Below are positions 1 through 10,053 of a DNA stretch of 49,122 nucleotides, in pieces. Both the position numbers and the translations under genes were made by a program. Numbering within the stretch: the first letter of the stretch is position 1; each line of letters opens with the position of its first letter. The stretch spans positions 1 through 49,122 of the forward strand of contig JBILMQ010000001.1 of assembly GCA_044375455.1 (NCBI GenBank). Direction: 5' to 3'. The DNA comes from Caulobacterales bacterium (GTDB taxonomy: Bacteria > Pseudomonadota > Alphaproteobacteria > Caulobacterales > Aquidulcibacteraceae). Under the pieces are notes generated by a model, which made no database searches, had not been told where the DNA came from, and saw only the letters and a program-made list of their open reading frames with translations.

Positions 1-1030
1 GCGCGGAGGCTGCGATCAGCATCCCGCCGACCAGATCGTTGTGTTGCACCAGATACCAGATCAGAAAGAGCGCAGGCGCCGTCAGGAGATAGACGGCCCA
101 CTCCTTGTTGATCGGCCCAATAGCCTTCTCTTTGAGCTTTTCCGGCATCGGCGGCTCGCCCTTGCCCTCCAGCAGGGGCTTGCCGACCACGAAAACGATG
201 AAGCCCGCCAGCATGCCGACCCCGGCAAGCCCGAAACCCGCCCACCATCCGACGGTCTGGCCGAGCGCGCCGCAGAGGATGGCGGCCCAGAACGCGCCGA
301 GGTTGATCCCGTAGTAATAGAGTGTGAAGCCCGGATCTCGACGCGGGTCGCTGTCTGGGTAGAGCTGACCGACAATCGAAGAGATATTGGGCTTGAGAAA
401 CCCGACTCCGGCGATGATCAGCGACAGCGCAAAGAAGAAGATCCCTTCGAAGAGCGCCGAGCGGCCGGTGACCACCAGCTCATACGACCCTTTTGGCAGC
501 AGGGCCGGCAAGGACGCCGACGCCGGAAGCCCTTGGATCGCCAGACCGCCATCCGCTCCGGGCGCGAAATCGTAGCGCTGGCCGTCCACCTCCAGCTGAA
601 CCGTGCGTGCGTCGCCACGCCCTTCAACGGCGAAGACATATTGTGCGCCCTGATATGAAAGCGCCTGGGTGGCTGGTTTACCCTCAATGGCCATCGTCAG
701 GTGGCCCGCGACCAGCAGCAGTGCACCGAACGCGATGGCCTTGCGCGTCCCGAGCAGACGGTCTGCGAGGAGGCCGCCGACCAGCGGCAACAGATAAACG
801 AGCGAGGTGTATGACCCGTATTGGCTGGCCGCCGCCTCGTCGGAAAACAGGAAGTGCTGGGTCATGAAAAACACCAGCAGCCCGCGCATCCCGTAATAGG
901 AGAACCGCTCCCACATTTCAGCGAAAAACAGGATCAACAGTCCCTTGGGGTGGCTGCGGATCTGCGCCACGACCGGAATGATGGTGAGGACAGTGATGAC
1001 AATCCCCGTCCAGAAAACGAGATCAAACAT
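1..1030 (-). CDS. POT/PTR2-family proton-dependent di/tripeptide transporter, N-terminal ~343 aa (gene runs off the left edge)
   Basis: Absent from the ORF track because it has no stop inside the window. My own minus-strand translation from ATG (comp. 1030..1028) gives MFDLVFWTGIVITVLTIIPVVAQIRSHPKGLLILFFAEMWERFSYYGMRGLLVFFMTQHF..., which contains the ExxERFxYYG PTR2 signature. Hydrophobic helices and FLKPNISSIVGQLY follow. The frame stays open to base 1. Confidence 0.85.
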   Translation of the reverse strand, partial: MFDLVFWTGIVITVLTIIPVVAQIRSHPKGLLILFFAEMWERFSYYGMRGLLVFFMTQHFLFSDEAAASQYGSYTSLVYLLPLVGGLLADRLLGTRKAIAFGALLLVAGHLTMAIEGKPATQALSYQGAQYVFAVEGRGDARTVQLEVDGQRYDFAPGADGGLAIQGLPASASLPALLPKGSYELVVTGRSALFEGIFFFALSLIIAGVGFLKPNISSIVGQLYPDSDPRRDPGFTLYYYGINLGAFWAAILCGALGQTVGWWAGFGLAGVGMLAGFIVFVVGKPLLEGKGEPPMPEKLKEKAIGPINKEWAVYLLTAPALFLIWYLVQHNDLVGGMLIAASA

Positions 1031-1154
1031 GAACGCCCCCACGCGGCGCCGCGGCTGCGGCGCGTCTCGCTGTGGAGTTGATCATGCATCGCCGGGCCCG
1101 CTCAAGCCTGAGCGCGCAGATTGTCAGCAGGTCTGCGACGTTTCGGCGCGCACC

Positions 1155-2516
1155 TCAATACGCGCAAGCCTCGTAAAGCTTGCCGACATCACCGCCCCAC
1201 TCGCCGGAAAGGCGCTCAAGGATTCGCTCAGCAGGGGTAACGCCAGACTCTGCGATGCCGTCCAGTTCATCGAGGAACGACGTTTCATCTACGCCATGCG
1301 GCAACGATCGCCCGCGCGCGCCAAGACCCGCGCGGGCGATCTTCAACGCTTCGATGGCTAGTTCGCGGATCGTGCGGCCGCGAAATGGAGTTTTAAGCGC
1401 CATACGCGGCGCGCCGTCTCGCAGCGCTTGGCGCTCTTCAGCGGTCCAGTCCCTGACCATGTCCCAGGCTGCGTCGAGGGCTGTCTGGTCGTAGAGCAGC
1501 CCGACCCAGAATGCCGGCAATGAACACAGCCGGCTCCAGGGCCCGGCGTCGGCCCCGCGCATTTCAAGGTACGTCTTCAGTCGCACCTCGGGAAAGATGG
1601 TTGAAAGATGGCTGACCCAGTCCTGCATCGTCGGTCGCTCGCCCGGCGCCTGGGCAAGCTTGCCTGCCAGAAAATCGCGAAAGCTTCCGCCGGTCGCATC
1701 GATGAACTGCCCCTGGCGCTTGAGGAAGTACATCGGGACATCCAGAGCATAATCCGCATAGCGCTCATATCCAAAACCGTCATCAAACGCAAAGGGCAGC
1801 ATGCCTGCCCGTGCATTATCCGTGTCGGTCCAAATCTGGGATCGGTAGGAAAGAAACCCGTTCGGTCGTCCCTCGGTCAGAGGTGAATTGGCGAACAGCG
1901 CGGTTGCGATGGGCTGCAGCGCCAACGAAACGCGCAGTTTCTTCACCATGTCAGCTTCCGAGGCGAAGTCCAGGTTCGTCTGAACAGTGCATGTTCGAAA
2001 CATCATGTCACGGCCCAGCGTTCCAACCTTGGGCATGTAGGCGCGCATGATCCGATATCGGCCTTTGGGCATGATGGGGATGGCATCGAGCTTGGCAGTC
2101 GGATGGAAGCCAAGCCCGAGGAAGCCCACGCCGAGTTCTGCGCCAATGGCGCGCACCTCCGAAAGATGACCATTGACCTCTGCGCAGGTCTCATGCACCG
2201 AGATCAGCGGCGCGCCAGATAACTCGAACTGGCCACCTGGTTCCAGGCTTATCGATGCGCCAGCGCGCTTCAGGCCGATCAATGCGCCGTCCTCATGGAT
2301 GGGTTCCCATCCAAAGCGGACCATACGTCTGAGAATCTCGCCGATGCCGTTAGCACCTTCATAGGCCAGCGGCGCAAGGTCAGATCTGCGGAACACGAAC
2401 TTTTCATGCTCCGTGCCGATCCGCCACGCAGGCCTTGCCTTCTCCCCGCTCGCCAGGTGTTCAATCAACTGCCGCCGTGACTCAATGACGGCGCCGCCCT
2501 CGACATCTGTAGACAC
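1155..2516 (-). CDS. gshA: Glutamate--cysteine ligase, plant/alphaproteobacterial type (GCS2 family)
   Basis: The 460-aa ORF contains RIGTEHEKF and length typical of plant-type GSH1. The ORF-track start is TTG at 2537. A strong AAGGAGG (comp. 2523..2529) lies 6 nt before an in-frame GTG at 2516, so I take 2516 as the start. Confidence 0.88.
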   Translation of the reverse strand: MSTDVEGGAVIESRRQLIEHLASGEKARPAWRIGTEHEKFVFRRSDLAPLAYEGANGIGEILRRMVRFGWEPIHEDGALIGLKRAGASISLEPGGQFELSGAPLISVHETCAEVNGHLSEVRAIGAELGVGFLGLGFHPTAKLDAIPIMPKGRYRIMRAYMPKVGTLGRDMMFRTCTVQTNLDFASEADMVKKLRVSLALQPIATALFANSPLTEGRPNGFLSYRSQIWTDTDNARAGMLPFAFDDGFGYERYADYALDVPMYFLKRQGQFIDATGGSFRDFLAGKLAQAPGERPTMQDWVSHLSTIFPEVRLKTYLEMRGADAGPWSRLCSLPAFWVGLLYDQTALDAAWDMVRDWTAEERQALRDGAPRMALKTPFRGRTIRELAIEALKIARAGLGARGRSLPHGVDETSFLDELDGIAESGVTPAERILERLSGEWGGDVGKLYEACAY

Positions 2517-2609
2517 TGGCGGCCTCCTTGGCTGCAATAGGACACGCGCTCTGCGCCGCGACCGGCGCGCCGCGGCGAGGTAGGACGCCGCCAGCCTTCG
2601 CGCAAGGCC

Positions 2610-3230
2610 TCAGCCTTTTGTGACAACTCCACAGGCAATGCGTGGTCCCGCGCCGCCAATCGGCTGGCTTGTGTGGTCGTCTGCACTTGCGTGTATCACG
2701 AAAGCGGCCCCGTCCCCATCCATAATGGCCGGCCGCGCGTTTTGCCCGTCCAGTGAGACAAGACCCGTGAACACCTCTGCGCGCACGCGCCCTGAAGCGT
2801 CTGCAAACAGGTTCACAAGGTCGCCGTTCTCCGGCCCGGCGACATTCAGCAAGCCGTGGGCGCCGCCGCCATGACCGGCGTGCGGACCCGCCGATTGAAA
2901 GCTCGCATCCTCGCAGCGGCCGACGGCGTGAATGTGGAATCCGTGCCATCCAGGCGGCAGTCCGGATGCTTCAACGCGCAGCAGCAGTCCGGCTGGCGCA
3001 CGCCACAGTGAGACTGATCCGCGCGGCGCGCCATCGCCGGCGCGCAGCATGGCGACAGCGTCTGGCGGCGGCAGGGCCGCGGCGGGCGCCTCGAGGGGCG
3101 CCTGAGCAGACGCTCGAGCGGGTGCGGGCGCGGGGGCGGCGCCACCGGCTGCTGCGGCGGGCGGCGTTGCGCCCTGCAAGACGCATCCGGACGCAGCGGT
3201 AAGGGCAGCGATGATCAAAGCAGCGCGCAT
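2610..3230 (-). CDS. sodC: Cu/Zn superoxide dismutase, predicted lipoprotein
   Basis: Motifs WHGFHIHAVGRC, GGGAHGLLNVAGPENGDLVNL and ADDHTSQPIGGAGPRIACGVV. The N-terminus MRAALIIAALTAASGC has a lipobox, followed by an Ala/Pro-rich linker. AGGAGA lies upstream of the ATG. Confidence 0.9.
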   Translation of the reverse strand: MRAALIIAALTAASGCVLQGATPPAAAAGGAAPAPAPARASAQAPLEAPAAALPPPDAVAMLRAGDGAPRGSVSLWRAPAGLLLRVEASGLPPGWHGFHIHAVGRCEDASFQSAGPHAGHGGGAHGLLNVAGPENGDLVNLFADASGRVRAEVFTGLVSLDGQNARPAIMDGDGAAFVIHASADDHTSQPIGGAGPRIACGVVTKG

Positions 3231-3336
3231 GCGTGGTCTCCTGCTGGACGTCGAAGCGCAGCAAGCCTAAACCAACTGCCGGTCCTCAGCCCTGTGACGG
3301 GACGTCGCCCGCGCGCGGGCAAAGGAGAAGCAGCGC

Positions 3337-4251
3337 GTGTCGCCCGGTCCGTCGCCCCGTCTGTCTCCCCGCCTTCAAAGTCGAGAACTTGCCGCCATCG
3401 CCGCTGTCATCCTGATCTGGGGGCTCAACAACGCATTCACCAAGCATGTTGTGGAGCACCTTCCCCCACTGACAGCGGCTGCGACGCGCTTTGCCATGAC
3501 CCTGGTTGTCCTAATCCCATTTCTTCGTCTGCCGACGGATAAATGGCGCGCTCTTCTCCTGGTCGCGCTCATCTCAGGGCCGTTGCACTTCGGTCTCATA
3601 TTCATTGGCTACGCCTTGGCTGGCGATCTCGCGCCCATTGCCATCATGCTGCAATTGTGGATCCCGTTTACTGCGCTGTTGTCGGTTCTTATGCTCGGTG
3701 AGCGCCTGGGAGCGTTGCGAATCGTTGGCCTTTGCACGGCATTCGGCGGCGTCGTGGTCATGGGGTTCGACCCGCGCGTGCTGGCCCATGCCAAGGCAAT
3801 TCCCTTTTTGGTCGGCGGCAGCTTCCTGTGGGCGCTTGCCGCTGTTGTGAGTCGCAAGGTCGGCGGCCTGCCGCCGCTCCGGCTGCAGGCCTGGATCGCC
3901 CTGCTCACCGCATGCGTGCTTGGCGGCGCAACGGCCGTCGCGGATGGGCCGCGGGCCGCCGCGGCGCTGGCCGGCGCCCCGGCGGATGTCTGGGCGCTGC
4001 AGCTGTTTGCGGCTCTGGCGTCGGGCGTGGGCGCCAACGGGCTGATGCATTGGCTGCTGGGACGCGTCGAGGCGTCCCGCACCACGCCCTATATGCTGCT
4101 GACGCCTGTCGTCACGATTATTGCGGGCGTTGCAATCTTCGGGGATCGGGTGAGCGTGCTCATTCTGGCTGGCGGCGTGGTGGCGCTTGGCGGCGTCGCA
4201 CTCGTGGCGCTGGCTGAGCGCCGCCGGGCGAACCTTGCCGACCTGACCTGA
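3337..4251 (+). CDS. EamA/DMT-family (drug/metabolite) transporter
   Basis: 304-aa highly hydrophobic ORF with about 10 predicted helices and two EamA-like halves (LIWGLNNAFTK..., ...LTPVVTIIAGVAIFGDRVS). The GTG start is uncertain. Confidence 0.75.
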   Translation: MSPGPSPRLSPRLQSRELAAIAAVILIWGLNNAFTKHVVEHLPPLTAAATRFAMTLVVLIPFLRLPTDKWRALLLVALISGPLHFGLIFIGYALAGDLAPIAIMLQLWIPFTALLSVLMLGERLGALRIVGLCTAFGGVVVMGFDPRVLAHAKAIPFLVGGSFLWALAAVVSRKVGGLPPLRLQAWIALLTACVLGGATAVADGPRAAAALAGAPADVWALQLFAALASGVGANGLMHWLLGRVEASRTTPYMLLTPVVTIIAGVAIFGDRVSVLILAGGVVALGGVALVALAERRRANLADLT

Positions 4252-4684
4252 CGGTTCTGCATGCGCCCTGTTCCGCTTGTGTTCACGGCCCGGGCTGGCG
4301 GCATGCAGGTTGCTCCATCTCTTGTTCGGGCGACGCCGGCAATCCATCTGCCGGTCCGGTCGGCGAGGTTCCCCATGCGGCCGGTCCCATGTTTGACCCT
4401 GTCTTTTGCCCCCACATGCTTGCCGTCCAGCCTTGCCTGAGCGTGCCGCTCCGGCAAAAGCCTGCAGGGTCAGCCTCTGGTCGCCGTGAGCGCCCGATCG
4501 GGCCGGAGCGATGTTTTCACCGCGATTGCCGCCGGCGCGCAACCGCATGCATGCTTTGCTCCGCCTGGCCCAGGATGGTAGAAAACCTCCATGACGGCGC
4601 GAGTCGTGGCGCCCGACCGATCCTTTTGTGAACCCGGCCCGATGTGGAACTCCACATCAGCACTCAAGAGACTGCAGAACCTCA

Positions 4685-7432
4685 GTGACAGACGAACCTG
4701 CCCCGCCTGGTCCAGACCAGCCGTCAGCAACAGGCGCGCCGCGCGGCGGTCCGGTTGTCCACATCGAAGACGAGCTGAAGCGCAGCTATCTTGACTACGC
4801 GATGAGCGTCATCGTTGCGCGTGCTCTTCCTGACGCCCGAGACGGCCTGAAGCCGGTGCATCGCCGCATTCTCTATTCGATGTACGAGAATAATCAAACT
4901 CCCGATCGGCCCTACGTCAAGTCGGCCCGGGTTGTCGGCGACGTGATGGGTAAGTACCACCCGCACGGCGATCAGGCGATCTATGACGCGCTGGTGCGGA
5001 TGGCGCAGGATTTCTCGATGGGCCTCATGCTCATCGATGGGCAGGGCAATTTCGGTTCGGTGGATAATGATCCACCGGCTGCGATGCGTTACACCGAAGC
5101 GCGTCTTTCGAAGGCTGCGCTGCCTATCCTTGAGGATCTTGGCGACAACACCGTCGAGTTCCAGCCCAACTACGACGGCAAGGAAGACGAACCGACGGTT
5201 TTGCCCGCGCGATATCCGAATTTGCTGGTCAACGGCGGTTCGGGCATCGCCGTGGGGATGGCGACCTCGATTCCGCCGCACAATCTCGGCGAAGTGGTGG
5301 ACGCGACGCTCGCCATGATCGACAACCCGGACATTACCGATCTTGAGCTTCTGGAGATCGTTCCTGGACCGGACTTCCCCACCGGCGGTGAGATCATAGG
5401 ACGCGCTGGCGCCCGCCACGCGCTCGCGACGGGGCGCGGCTCGGTGGTCGTGCGTGGCGGCGTGGAGATCCGCGAACTGCGCAAAGACCGCGATGCGATC
5501 ATCATTTCTTCGATTCCTTACGCGGTGAACAAGGCCTCGATGGTGGAGAAGATCTCCGAATTGGTGCGTGAGAAGCGCGTGGAGGGGATTTCTGAGATCC
5601 GTGACGAGTCGAACCGCCAGGGAGTCCGGATCGTCATCGAACTGAAGCGTGACGCCACGCCTGACGTAGTTTTAAATCAACTGTATCGCTATTCGCCGCT
5701 GCAAACGTCCATCAGCTTTAACATGCTGGCGCTGAACGCCGGGCGGCCGCAGCAGATGACGCTGCGCACCATCCTTGAGAGCTTCATTTCATTTCGCGAA
5801 GACGTCATTGCGCGGCGCGCCAAGCACCGGCTCTCCAAGGCGCGCGACCGTGGCCATGTCCTGGTTGGTTTGGCGGTCGCCGTTGCAAATATTGATGATG
5901 TGATCCGCATTATCCGCGAGTCGCCAGATCCTGCCGCCGCGCGTGCGGGGCTCATGTCGCGGGATTGGGACGCGAAAAATATCGCGCCTTTGATATCGTT
6001 GATCGCAGACCCGCGATCCATGCTTTCCGACGACGGAACCATCCGACTCACCGACGAGCAGGCGCGGGCGATTCTGGACTTGCGCCTGCAGCGTTTGACC
6101 GGCCTCGGGCGTGAGGAACTGGACGAGGAGGGCGTGAAGCTGGCGGAGACCATTCGGGATCTGCTGGACCTTCTGTCATCGCGCGCCCGGATCCGCGGTG
6201 TCGTCAAGGACGAGCTTGCAGAGGTCCGCGCACGCTTCGCCGCGCCGCGTCGCACGATCTTTGTAGATGCGGATGTGGATATTGAAGACGAGGCGCTCAT
6301 CCCGCGCGACGACATGGTCGTTACGGTCACGCATGGCGGTTATGTCAAGCGTACCTCACTGTCGGCGTACCGCACGCAACACCGCGGCGGAAAGGGCAAG
6401 TCAGGAATGGCTACCAAGGACGAGGACTACGTCACGCGCCTGTTCGTCGCCTCGACTCACGCGCCTGTTCTGTTCTTCTCCTCGACCGGGATGGTGTACA
6501 AAGAGAAGGTCTGGCGGCTCCCGGAAGGCGCGCCGACTGCGCGCGGCAAGGCGCTGATCAACATGTTGCCGCTTGAAAAAGGCGAGACGATCACATCGGT
6601 CATGGCGCTGCCAGAAGATCCCGCCGAGTGGGCTGCCCTTGACGTGATGTTCGCGACCCGATCTGGGTATGTGCGGCGCAATAAGCTCTCTGATTTCGTG
6701 AATGTGAACCGATCTGGCAAGATCGCGATGAAGCCGGACGACGGTGACTCGATTGTCGGGGTGCGCATGTGTACGCCGACTGATGACGTCCTTCTGACTA
6801 CTGCCAAGGCGATGTGTATTCGCTTCGCGGTTGATGAGGTGCGCGTGTTCGCTGGGCGCACATCGACAGGCGTGCGCGGCATTGCGCTCGGCGAGGATGA
6901 CGAGGTCATCGGTATGAGCATCCTTCGCGGTGTTGAGGCGACCCCTGCGGAACGCGCCGCGTACTTGCGCCATGCGGTCGCTATGCGTCGGGCGATCGGG
7001 GAAGAGCCTGGCGAGCCGGTTGATGCAGAGAGTGCTGAGGCGGACGAGAGCGTCGAGTCGATCGGGCCGGAGCGCATCGCTGTCCTGGGCGCACGGGAGC
7101 AGTTTGTGCTGACGGTGACCGACCGCGGTTTTGGCAAACGTACGTCGGCCTACGAATATCGGTCCACGGGTCGCGGCGGAAAGGGCCTTGTCGCCCATAA
7201 GCTTGCCGACCCTGCTGCGCGTGTGGCCGCGAGTTTCCCTGTCGAGGAGACAGACGAGGTGATGCTGGTGACCGACGGCAGCCAAGTGATCCGCACCCCG
7301 TGCGACCAGATCCGGATTGCTGGCCGCGGCACCCAGGGCGTAACAGTTATCCGTGTCGCCGCCGGCGAGCGCGTCGTCGCGGTGGAGCATCTTGAAGACC
7401 TGTCTGGGGAGCGAACGCCCGGGCGTGATTGA
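4685..7432 (+). CDS. gyrA: DNA gyrase subunit A
   Basis: [38 protein letters not shown] and [23 protein letters not shown] (QRDR region), plus C-terminal beta-pinwheel repeats. The ORF track opens at GTG 4628. The in-frame GTG at 4685 (MTDEPAPP...) gives a more typical N-terminus, but the start remains uncertain. Confidence 0.95.
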   Translation: MTDEPAPPGPDQPSATGAPRGGPVVHIEDELKRSYLDYAMSVIVARALPDARDGLKPVHRRILYSMYENNQTPDRPYVKSARVVGDVMGKYHPHGDQAIYDALVRMAQDFSMGLMLIDGQGNFGSVDNDPPAAMRYTEARLSKAALPILEDLGDNTVEFQPNYDGKEDEPTVLPARYPNLLVNGGSGIAVGMATSIPPHNLGEVVDATLAMIDNPDITDLELLEIVPGPDFPTGGEIIGRAGARHALATGRGSVVVRGGVEIRELRKDRDAIIISSIPYAVNKASMVEKISELVREKRVEGISEIRDESNRQGVRIVIELKRDATPDVVLNQLYRYSPLQTSISFNMLALNAGRPQQMTLRTILESFISFREDVIARRAKHRLSKARDRGHVLVGLAVAVANIDDVIRIIRESPDPAAARAGLMSRDWDAKNIAPLISLIADPRSMLSDDGTIRLTDEQARAILDLRLQRLTGLGREELDEEGVKLAETIRDLLDLLSSRARIRGVVKDELAEVRARFAAPRRTIFVDADVDIEDEALIPRDDMVVTVTHGGYVKRTSLSAYRTQHRGGKGKSGMATKDEDYVTRLFVASTHAPVLFFSSTGMVYKEKVWRLPEGAPTARGKALINMLPLEKGETITSVMALPEDPAEWAALDVMFATRSGYVRRNKLSDFVNVNRSGKIAMKPDDGDSIVGVRMCTPTDDVLLTTAKAMCIRFAVDEVRVFAGRTSTGVRGIALGEDDEVIGMSILRGVEATPAERAAYLRHAVAMRRAIGEEPGEPVDAESAEADESVESIGPERIAVLGAREQFVLTVTDRGFGKRTSAYEYRSTGRGGKGLVAHKLADPAARVAASFPVEETDEVMLVTDGSQVIRTPCDQIRIAGRGTQGVTVIRVAAGERVVAVEHLEDLSGERTPGRD

Positions 7433-7568
7433 GGTCTGCGCAAATGGGCTCGATTTCCAGGCGCACTTGGGTTAGGGCCGTTTGCAGCAGGGCCGCGACT
7501 GCAGGGCGGTTGTGTTTGCGCGCGTGCATGTCTGCGTGGCGTGCGCTTGAAAACACAGGGGAGGGTGC

Positions 7569-8066
7569 ATGACGGCGCGCATCGGGCTCTACCCCGGCAC
7601 CTTCGACCCGATCACCAATGGGCATCTCGATATCATTGGTCGCGCCGTCAAGCTGGTGGATACGCTCATCATCGGGGTGGCGATTAATCGCGACAAGAAG
7701 CCACTGTTCGACCTTAATGAACGGGTCGCAATGGTGGAACGCGAAAGCGCCAAATTCGCAGGGCAGGTGACGATTGAGGTACGGCCCTTTGAAACCTTGC
7801 TCATGCACTTCGCCGAGCAGGTCGGCGCCAGCATGATCGTGAGAGGCCTGCGCGCTGTTTCGGACTTCGAGTATGAATTTCAAATGGTTGGTATGAACCA
7901 GAAGCTCAATCCGGCGATTGAGACCGTGTTTTTGATGGCCGATCCGCAGCACCAGGCGATTGCTTCAAGACTTGTGAAGGAGATCGCTCGCCTGCGGGGA
8001 CGGGTGCATAGATTTGTGCCTGAGCAGGTCGCCCGCGATCTGGAACAGAAGTTTGCCGCGTCCTAA
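7569..8066 (+). CDS. coaD: Phosphopantetheine adenylyltransferase
   Basis: MTARIGLYPGTFDPITNGHLDII..., 165 aa, with GGGGAGGG upstream of the ATG. Confidence 0.93.
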   Translation: MTARIGLYPGTFDPITNGHLDIIGRAVKLVDTLIIGVAINRDKKPLFDLNERVAMVERESAKFAGQVTIEVRPFETLLMHFAEQVGASMIVRGLRAVSDFEYEFQMVGMNQKLNPAIETVFLMADPQHQAIASRLVKEIARLRGRVHRFVPEQVARDLEQKFAAS

Positions 8067-8196
8067 GAGGGGGGCTTCGGCGAAAACCTCACCATCACAC
8101 CGAGGGCGGGTGTTCCACGGCCGGAGCTCCGGCCAAGACTGCCCGGCGCAGGCGGTCCGCCTGTATCATCGGCCCAACCCATCTGGCCTGATCCTT

Positions 8197-8233
8197 CTGG
8201 CCCAGTTTTTCTGGCCCAGTTTTTCTGGCCCAG
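8197..8233. repeat. Perfect tandem duplication, 14-bp unit CTGGCCCAGTTTTT x2.6
   Basis: Read directly: ctggcccagtttttctggcccagtttttctggcccag. It lies in the coaD-cyclophilin spacer. Confidence 0.95.
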
Positions 8234-8311
8234 GTCATGCGGGCCAGAGTCTTCGGCCTCTGGGATTGAGGGCGTCCGGCGCGGCTGGGGGCCGGGTCGG
8301 CGAGGCTCCTT

Positions 8312-8336
8312 GCCGCTTGGACTGGCCGCTTGGACT
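8312..8336. repeat. Tandem duplication GCCGCTTGGACT (g) GCCGCTTGGACT
   Basis: Read directly. Two 12-bp copies are separated by one G. Confidence 0.9.
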
Positions 8337-8345
8337 TCTGGTCGC

Positions 8346-8382
8346 CCGGGGAACAGGGTATCCGGGGAACAGGGTATCCGGG
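8346..8382. repeat. Perfect tandem duplication, 16-bp unit CCGGGGAACAGGGTAT x2.3
   Basis: Read directly: ccggggaacagggtatccggggaacagggtatccggg. Confidence 0.95.
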
Positions 8383-8600
8383 CTCCGGGATATCTGGGCT
8401 TCAGCCGGTGTTTGGAGGACACCGTCGGGGCTTCTGATCGGCGTGCTGCAGGTTTGTCCCCGCGTCCAGTGCGCGAAGCTAATGCGGATGCGGGGATTGC
8501 GATCGCCACCGAGCAGCTGGGTCGATCTCAGCCGGAGGCAATGAAATGGGGAGGGGAAATCAATGCAGAGGGCCAAGATATTGAGATGGAAGGAACGACA

Positions 8601-9515
8601 ATGCTGAGACGAGCGATGATCCTTGCTCTCGCCTGTGCATCAGCGCTGGGCCTTTCCCTGGCCGATGCAGTGTTTTCAGGGGCGTTCGCTGCGCAAGGCC
8701 CAAACGCGCCTGCGCCTGACCCGGCGCTGTTTCGCCCGGTTGATCCCAACAACCTGCTGGTCATTGAGACGACGGTCGGAGCAGTCGCCGTGGAAATGGC
8801 GCCGCGCGCCGCGCCCGCACATGTCGCCCGCTTCAGGGAGCTTGCGCGCGAGCAATTCTACGATGGGCTCGTGTTCCATCGCGTGATCGACCGGTTCATG
8901 GCTCAGATTGGCGATCCGACGGCGACTGGAGCGGGAGGGTCGTCAAAGCCAGATCTGAAGGCGGAATTTTCATTCCGCCGCGGCTCAGAGGCCCCACTGA
9001 CCCCCTACGCCAGTGAGGTCATGCGCCTCGGCGCCGTCAGCGCAACCGTCCAGACGGGCTTTGTCGACGCCATGCCCGTGGCGTCGCAGCCTGACGCACT
9101 TCGCCCGCTCTCGGCCGACGGAAAGGTCAATACGTGGGTTTTGCACTGCAAGGGCATCGTGTCCACCGCGCGTCTCGCGAACAACGTTGACTCTGGCAAC
9201 AGCCAGATTTTTCTCATGCGCGGCGATACGCCAAGCCTCGACGGCCAATACACGGCCTGGGGCAGAATCATTGACGGGCAGGCTGCGGTTGACCGGATCG
9301 CCGTCGGCACGGTTGGTCAAATGCCTGAGTTCAAGCCCGATGCCATCATTCGCATGCGCGTTGCCGCCGACATTCCTGCAGCAGAACGGCCACACTATTG
9401 GATCGAGCGAACGGACACGCCGGCTTTTGTCGCCAAACTTGAGCGGAACAAACGCGCGCTTGGATCTATGGCCAAGCTGTGCGCTATGCCGATCGAGACC
9501 ATCCGTACTCAATAG
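8601..9515 (+). CDS. Periplasmic cyclophilin-type peptidyl-prolyl isomerase with an internal insertion and a C-terminal extension
   Basis: Start moved to ATG 8601 (GGAAGGA upstream), giving the signal peptide MLRRAMILALACASALGLSLADA. Cyclophilin motifs are FYDGLVFHRVIDRFMAQIGDP and NSQIFLMRGDTPSLDGQYTAWGRIIDG. The ORF-track start at 8310 runs through the repeat-rich spacer. Confidence 0.85.
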   Translation: MLRRAMILALACASALGLSLADAVFSGAFAAQGPNAPAPDPALFRPVDPNNLLVIETTVGAVAVEMAPRAAPAHVARFRELAREQFYDGLVFHRVIDRFMAQIGDPTATGAGGSSKPDLKAEFSFRRGSEAPLTPYASEVMRLGAVSATVQTGFVDAMPVASQPDALRPLSADGKVNTWVLHCKGIVSTARLANNVDSGNSQIFLMRGDTPSLDGQYTAWGRIIDGQAAVDRIAVGTVGQMPEFKPDAIIRMRVAADIPAAERPHYWIERTDTPAFVAKLERNKRALGSMAKLCAMPIETIRTQ

Positions 9516-9537
9516 TCTCAAACGAGGAGCCCCCCAG

Positions 9538-10020
9538 ATGCCTGACAACGCCATGACGAGCGACGCTGAAAACACCCTCAGATTAACCCTTTCGACGGGC
9601 GATGTGACGATCAGGCTTCGCCCGGATCTGGCCCCCAATCACGTCGCGCGGATCAAGGAACTCGCGCGCGAGGGCTTCTATGATGGGATTGTCTTTCATC
9701 GGGTGATCGACGGTTTCATGGCCCAGGCCGGCTGCCCGCACGGGCGCGGGACTGGCGGTTCATCCAAGCCGGATCTCAAACAGGAATTCAATACGCATCC
9801 CCACACGCGCGGCGCCTGTTCCATGGCTCGCACCAATGATCCAAATTCGGCCAACAGCCAGTTCTTCATCTGCTTTGACGACGCGCGATTTCTGGACCGG
9901 CAGTATACAGTCTGGGGTCAGGTGACGCACGGCATGGAGGCCGTCGACGCCCTGCCGAAGGGCGAGCCGCCTCGGGCCCCGGGACAGATCCTATCCATGC
10001 GCGTTGAGGCAGACCTTTAG
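9538..10020 (+). CDS. ppiB: Cytoplasmic cyclophilin-type peptidyl-prolyl isomerase
   Basis: ATG 9538 preceded by GAGGAG. 160 aa with FYDGIVFHRVIDGFMAQAGCP, SMARTNDPNSANSQFFICF and YTVWGQV. The upstream part of track ORF 9013..10020 overlaps the previous gene. Confidence 0.9.
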   Translation: MPDNAMTSDAENTLRLTLSTGDVTIRLRPDLAPNHVARIKELAREGFYDGIVFHRVIDGFMAQAGCPHGRGTGGSSKPDLKQEFNTHPHTRGACSMARTNDPNSANSQFFICFDDARFLDRQYTVWGQVTHGMEAVDALPKGEPPRAPGQILSMRVEADL

Positions 10021-10053
10021 GCCCACGCGCGCCCAATTTGAGGCCCCCCGGGC

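Noticed and set aside
41-658. 205-aa plus-strand ORF (and neighbours 493..867, 821..1081) at the left edge
   Set aside because: It is Arg/Pro/Gly-rich with no motifs, and it lies antisense to the open-ended POT transporter frame, which carries clear family signatures. This is a typical high-GC shadow ORF.
3574-4548. 324-aa minus-strand ORF overlapping the EamA transporter
   Set aside because: It is extremely Arg/Gln/Gly-rich and antisense to a well-formed polytopic membrane protein.
6040-6052. CCGACTCACC, a partial match to the tRNA-Lys 3' end, as a possible att site
   Set aside because: The match is only about 10 nt, it lies inside gyrA, and it is on the wrong side of the tRNA. It is a chance match. 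No better direct repeat of the tRNA end was seen by eye within the window.
8310-8600. N-terminal extensions of track ORFs (8310..8600; likewise 9013..9537, 11036..11104, 22604..22717, 36470..36634, 45072..45305, 47450..47539)
   Set aside because: These extensions run through repeat-rich spacers or the preceding gene. Internal starts have SD sequences, signal peptides or ATGA-type coupling, and they give family-typical N-termini.
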